64,000 bases of DNA from Roseibacillus sp. (GTDB lineage Bacteria; Verrucomicrobiota; Verrucomicrobiia; Verrucomicrobiales; Akkermansiaceae): positions 192,001 to 256,000 of the forward strand of contig CBDEUM010000038.1 in assembly GCA_965242925.1 (NCBI GenBank), read 5' to 3'. Positions 60,161 to 64,000 of this stretch are shown in pieces (the stretch's first letter is position 1; every line of letters begins with the position of its first letter). Position numbers and translations under genes: made by a program. A model generated the notes under the pieces. It made no database searches. It worked only from the letters and a program-made list of their open reading frames with translations, and had not been told where the DNA came from.

Positions 60161-60518
60161 GGCAGGAGAGCTAACCCGGAAGAGTTGAGTTCTCCACCGC
60201 TATTTCGGAGGGACGGTAAGAAGGTTTGACCCTTTTGCCCCAAGAGGATCTGATCCTAACCAAGATCTTTGTTTGCAGGGTGAAGGCAGGTGGGCGTTCC
60301 CGTGAGCCGGGGCGTTGTATCGTCCAGAGTGACGACATAGCGGGTATTGATGCTCCGGATCCGGCTGGCCGGGCAAGTCCGGGTTGGATGTCATCTTTGG
60401 CGTGCTTATCATGTCCCCAGGGGCGCCGAAGGGTAGGGGCGGGGACGGGTGAATTCCGAATCCCTCGAACAGGTGACCGGGATTTGGGTGAAATAGCCGG
60501 GAAATCTCCATAAAACCG

Positions 60519-60547
60519 TTGCCTTTTGGGAAAGGGCTCACCATGTT
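60519..60547 (+). promoter_or_regulatory. Putative leaderless-type promoter of the GreA-family gene
   Basis: TTGCCT-17nt-CATGTT-7nt-ATG(60555). Confidence 0.4.
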
Positions 60548-60554
60548 CCGCGCC

Positions 60555-62381
60555 ATGCATCCCGATGTGGTGAAATTGGTGGAATCTGGTCGCATTCCCC
60601 AAGCCGTCGGGGAACGCCTTTCCCAATTGGCTCCTGGCAGCTTTTGTCTTCACAAGTCTTGGGGATCTGGCAAAGTGGTCGATTGGGACCTTTTTGGTGG
60701 GAAGGTGACCATTGATTTTGAACGTGAGTCGGGTCGCGTGATGGGGTTGAAGCTGGCTCTGGAGAAGACTGAGCCGTTGGAGATGGAGGATTTCCGTGCA
60801 CAGAAGATCGAGAAGATCGAGGAACTGCGGGAGCAGGCCCAGAGCGACCCTGCTACCGTGGTCATCCAGACCCTTGGTGCCCACGGGGGATCGATGAAAC
60901 CGGACCATATCGACCGTGAACTGTGTGGAAGCGTTGTGCCGGAGGCTGATTACAAGAAGTGGTGGGATCGCGCAAAGAAGGCATTGCGGGAATCTCATCG
61001 AGTGGTGGTTCCGAGTAAGCGCAATGAATCGCTGGTCCTGCGCGAAACCGACCTGAGCCCGGTGCAGACCCTGCTATCCGATTTCGAGGCAACCAACAAC
61101 CTGCGCGAGAAGGCCAGGGTTCTTGATGATATCCGAAAGCAGTCGAAGGCGTTGGAAAGCGAGGGTGCGGCGGAAGAATTACTGGCAGGGATTGATGAGA
61201 TCAGCCGAAAGGGGATTAAGCTTCATCTGGGGGATGCCCTCGATTTGCTGGCGAGTCGAGATGAGTTGCTGGAGTCTCTGAAGGAGACCACCCTGGCTGA
61301 TAACGCCCTGCGACTCCATGACGTGCTGGCGAGTTCCAGTGGTCCGCTTGCTCCGCAGATGGCAGGTCTGCCAGCGGCCCGTCAACGCCGGATTTATGAG
61401 TCTTTCCCGGAAGCCTTCGGAAACGATTGGGTGGAAAATATTCTGAGGGTATTTGATCGGGTGGGTACCCGGGGAGTGTCTGAGATCGCCAAGATGTTTG
61501 CGGATCGTGGAGAGATGGATAGGCTGCTGGAACACATCAAGCATGCGCTGTCGCGGCACGCGCTCGGTCCGGATGCGCTGGCATGGATATGCCGGGAACG
61601 CAGGAAGGCCGCCAAGGATGTCTTCACCCACGAAGTGGGATCGGCCATTCTCTCGGTCATTGAGCAGGACAGCACGGATGAGGGACCACGCAAGACGCTG
61701 CGACTGCAGAATTTCCTGGCGGAGGACCGCGGGCTCATTGCCGACCTGCTGGATGGAGTGGACATGAACGAGGTGCGAAACTTTGCGCGCAAGCTGCTTC
61801 AGAGTCCTGCGTTCGCGGAACTGGACCGGAAATCGTTGATGGCCCGTGTGATCAAGGCGCACCCGGAAACGCAGGAACTGGTGACTGGTGACGGAGGGCC
61901 CCGTCGGGAGACCCTGGTCGTCTCCTGGGAGAGCCTGGAAAGGCGCAAGGAGGAGTATGAAGACCTCGTGAACAAGCGCATCCCCGGGAACATCAAGGAG
62001 ATTGCAATAGCCCGCTCCTACGGCGATCTGCGGGAGAACTTCGAATACAAGGCTGCCAAGCAGATGCAGGCCGTCCTGGCTCGTCGCAAGACGGAACTGG
62101 GGAAGGATCTGGATAACGCACAGGGATCGGATCTCACCGGAGCGGATACCGCCACCGTCAACATCGGGACGGTGGTGAAACTCCGGCACAATGGCGAGAC
62201 CGAGCAATACACCGTTCTCGGGGCCTGGGACAGTGATCCCGACAAGCTCATTGTCTCTTACCTGTCAGAGATCGGGCAGGCCCTCATCGGTCAGAAGGTT
62301 GGCAACAAGGTCGAGTTTCGCGATCTGGAGACGGAAGAGGAGTGCATTTATGAAATCGCCGAGATTACGGCGTGGAAGTAA
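60555..62381 (+). CDS. greA: GreA/GreB family elongation factor with long N-terminal extension
   Basis: C-terminal IAIARSYGDLRENFEYKAAK, VNIGTVV, SYLSEIGQALIG; ~450-aa N-terminal region. Start 60543 or 60555. Confidence 0.85.
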   Translation: MHPDVVKLVESGRIPQAVGERLSQLAPGSFCLHKSWGSGKVVDWDLFGGKVTIDFERESGRVMGLKLALEKTEPLEMEDFRAQKIEKIEELREQAQSDPATVVIQTLGAHGGSMKPDHIDRELCGSVVPEADYKKWWDRAKKALRESHRVVVPSKRNESLVLRETDLSPVQTLLSDFEATNNLREKARVLDDIRKQSKALESEGAAEELLAGIDEISRKGIKLHLGDALDLLASRDELLESLKETTLADNALRLHDVLASSSGPLAPQMAGLPAARQRRIYESFPEAFGNDWVENILRVFDRVGTRGVSEIAKMFADRGEMDRLLEHIKHALSRHALGPDALAWICRERRKAAKDVFTHEVGSAILSVIEQDSTDEGPRKTLRLQNFLAEDRGLIADLLDGVDMNEVRNFARKLLQSPAFAELDRKSLMARVIKAHPETQELVTGDGGPRRETLVVSWESLERRKEEYEDLVNKRIPGNIKEIAIARSYGDLRENFEYKAAKQMQAVLARRKTELGKDLDNAQGSDLTGADTATVNIGTVVKLRHNGETEQYTVLGAWDSDPDKLIVSYLSEIGQALIGQKVGNKVEFRDLETEEECIYEIAEITAWK

Positions 62382-62397
62382 GAGCGCCTCTTCCTGA

Positions 62398-63711
<1,314 letters not shown>

Positions 63712-63727
63712 GTCCTCCTGATGGCAT

Positions 63728-63997
63728 CTATTTCTTCTTGATGCGATAGATCCGCTCTCCGCTGCGATAAAGGTCGAGACGGTCACGGGCGACGAGCTCA
63801 AGATAGGCGGGATCATCGCGGAGGGCGATGAGCTCGCGACTCTTCCGCTCCTTGTGAGAGCGGACGTAGTGTTCCTGTGCGTTGGCACGGGCCAGTTCTT
63901 CCTTGAGGGAGCGTAACTTGCGCAATTGAGGGACCGAGAGAGCGGCCATCGCCACGCAGCCGGTAACGAGGAAAATCGTAAAGGCCGCCCGATTCAC
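63728..63997 (-). CDS. Septum formation initiator FtsB/DivIC family protein (5' end may extend beyond the window)
   Basis: TM helix, coiled coil, LRDDPAYLELVARDRLDLYRSGERIY. Confidence 0.8.
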   Translation of the reverse strand: MNRAAFTIFLVTGCVAMAALSVPQLRKLRSLKEELARANAQEHYVRSHKERKSRELIALRDDPAYLELVARDRLDLYRSGERIYRIKKK

Positions 63998-64000
63998 AAT

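Noticed and set aside
60555..62381. Novel long GreA fusion
   Set aside because: Long N-terminally extended GreA proteins are already known from Chlamydiae, spirochaetes and related lineages.

Overview
GC-rich (roughly 60% by eye), gene-dense bacterial chromosomal segment with a strong PVC-superphylum signature, most consistent with Verrucomicrobiota (inferred from gene families, not from a marker gene). The left ~59 kb is dominated by exported proteins. These include three DUF1549/DUF1553 + DUF1501 gene pairs, planctomycete-type cytochrome c domains, a PVC-type heme-binding dehydrogenase with ThuA partners, three Cys-type sulfatases, CE15-like and other esterases, two FG-GAP/ASPIC-UnbV proteins, a lamin-tail/CotH protein, a protease-PDZ-PA14 fusion and an RND pump. 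Housekeeping genes are PPi-dependent phosphofructokinase, a short RNase R-family gene, an amino acid racemase, a long GreA, enolase and an FtsB-like protein. I saw no rRNA, tRNA, CRISPR array, transposase, integrase or reverse transcriptase. Points worth a second look: a CSD-less RNase R preceded by a multi-hairpin leader; circularly permuted carbohydrate-binding modules inserted into heme proteins; modular DUF1553/DUF1501 systems with a possible in-trans cytochrome; pervasive leaderless-type promoters, including a probable ATC start; a shared C-terminal domain on large secreted proteins; three +1 frameshifts, probably sequencing errors; and a large gene at the left edge that the ORF track missed. 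All family calls come from recognising motifs by eye, with no database searches.
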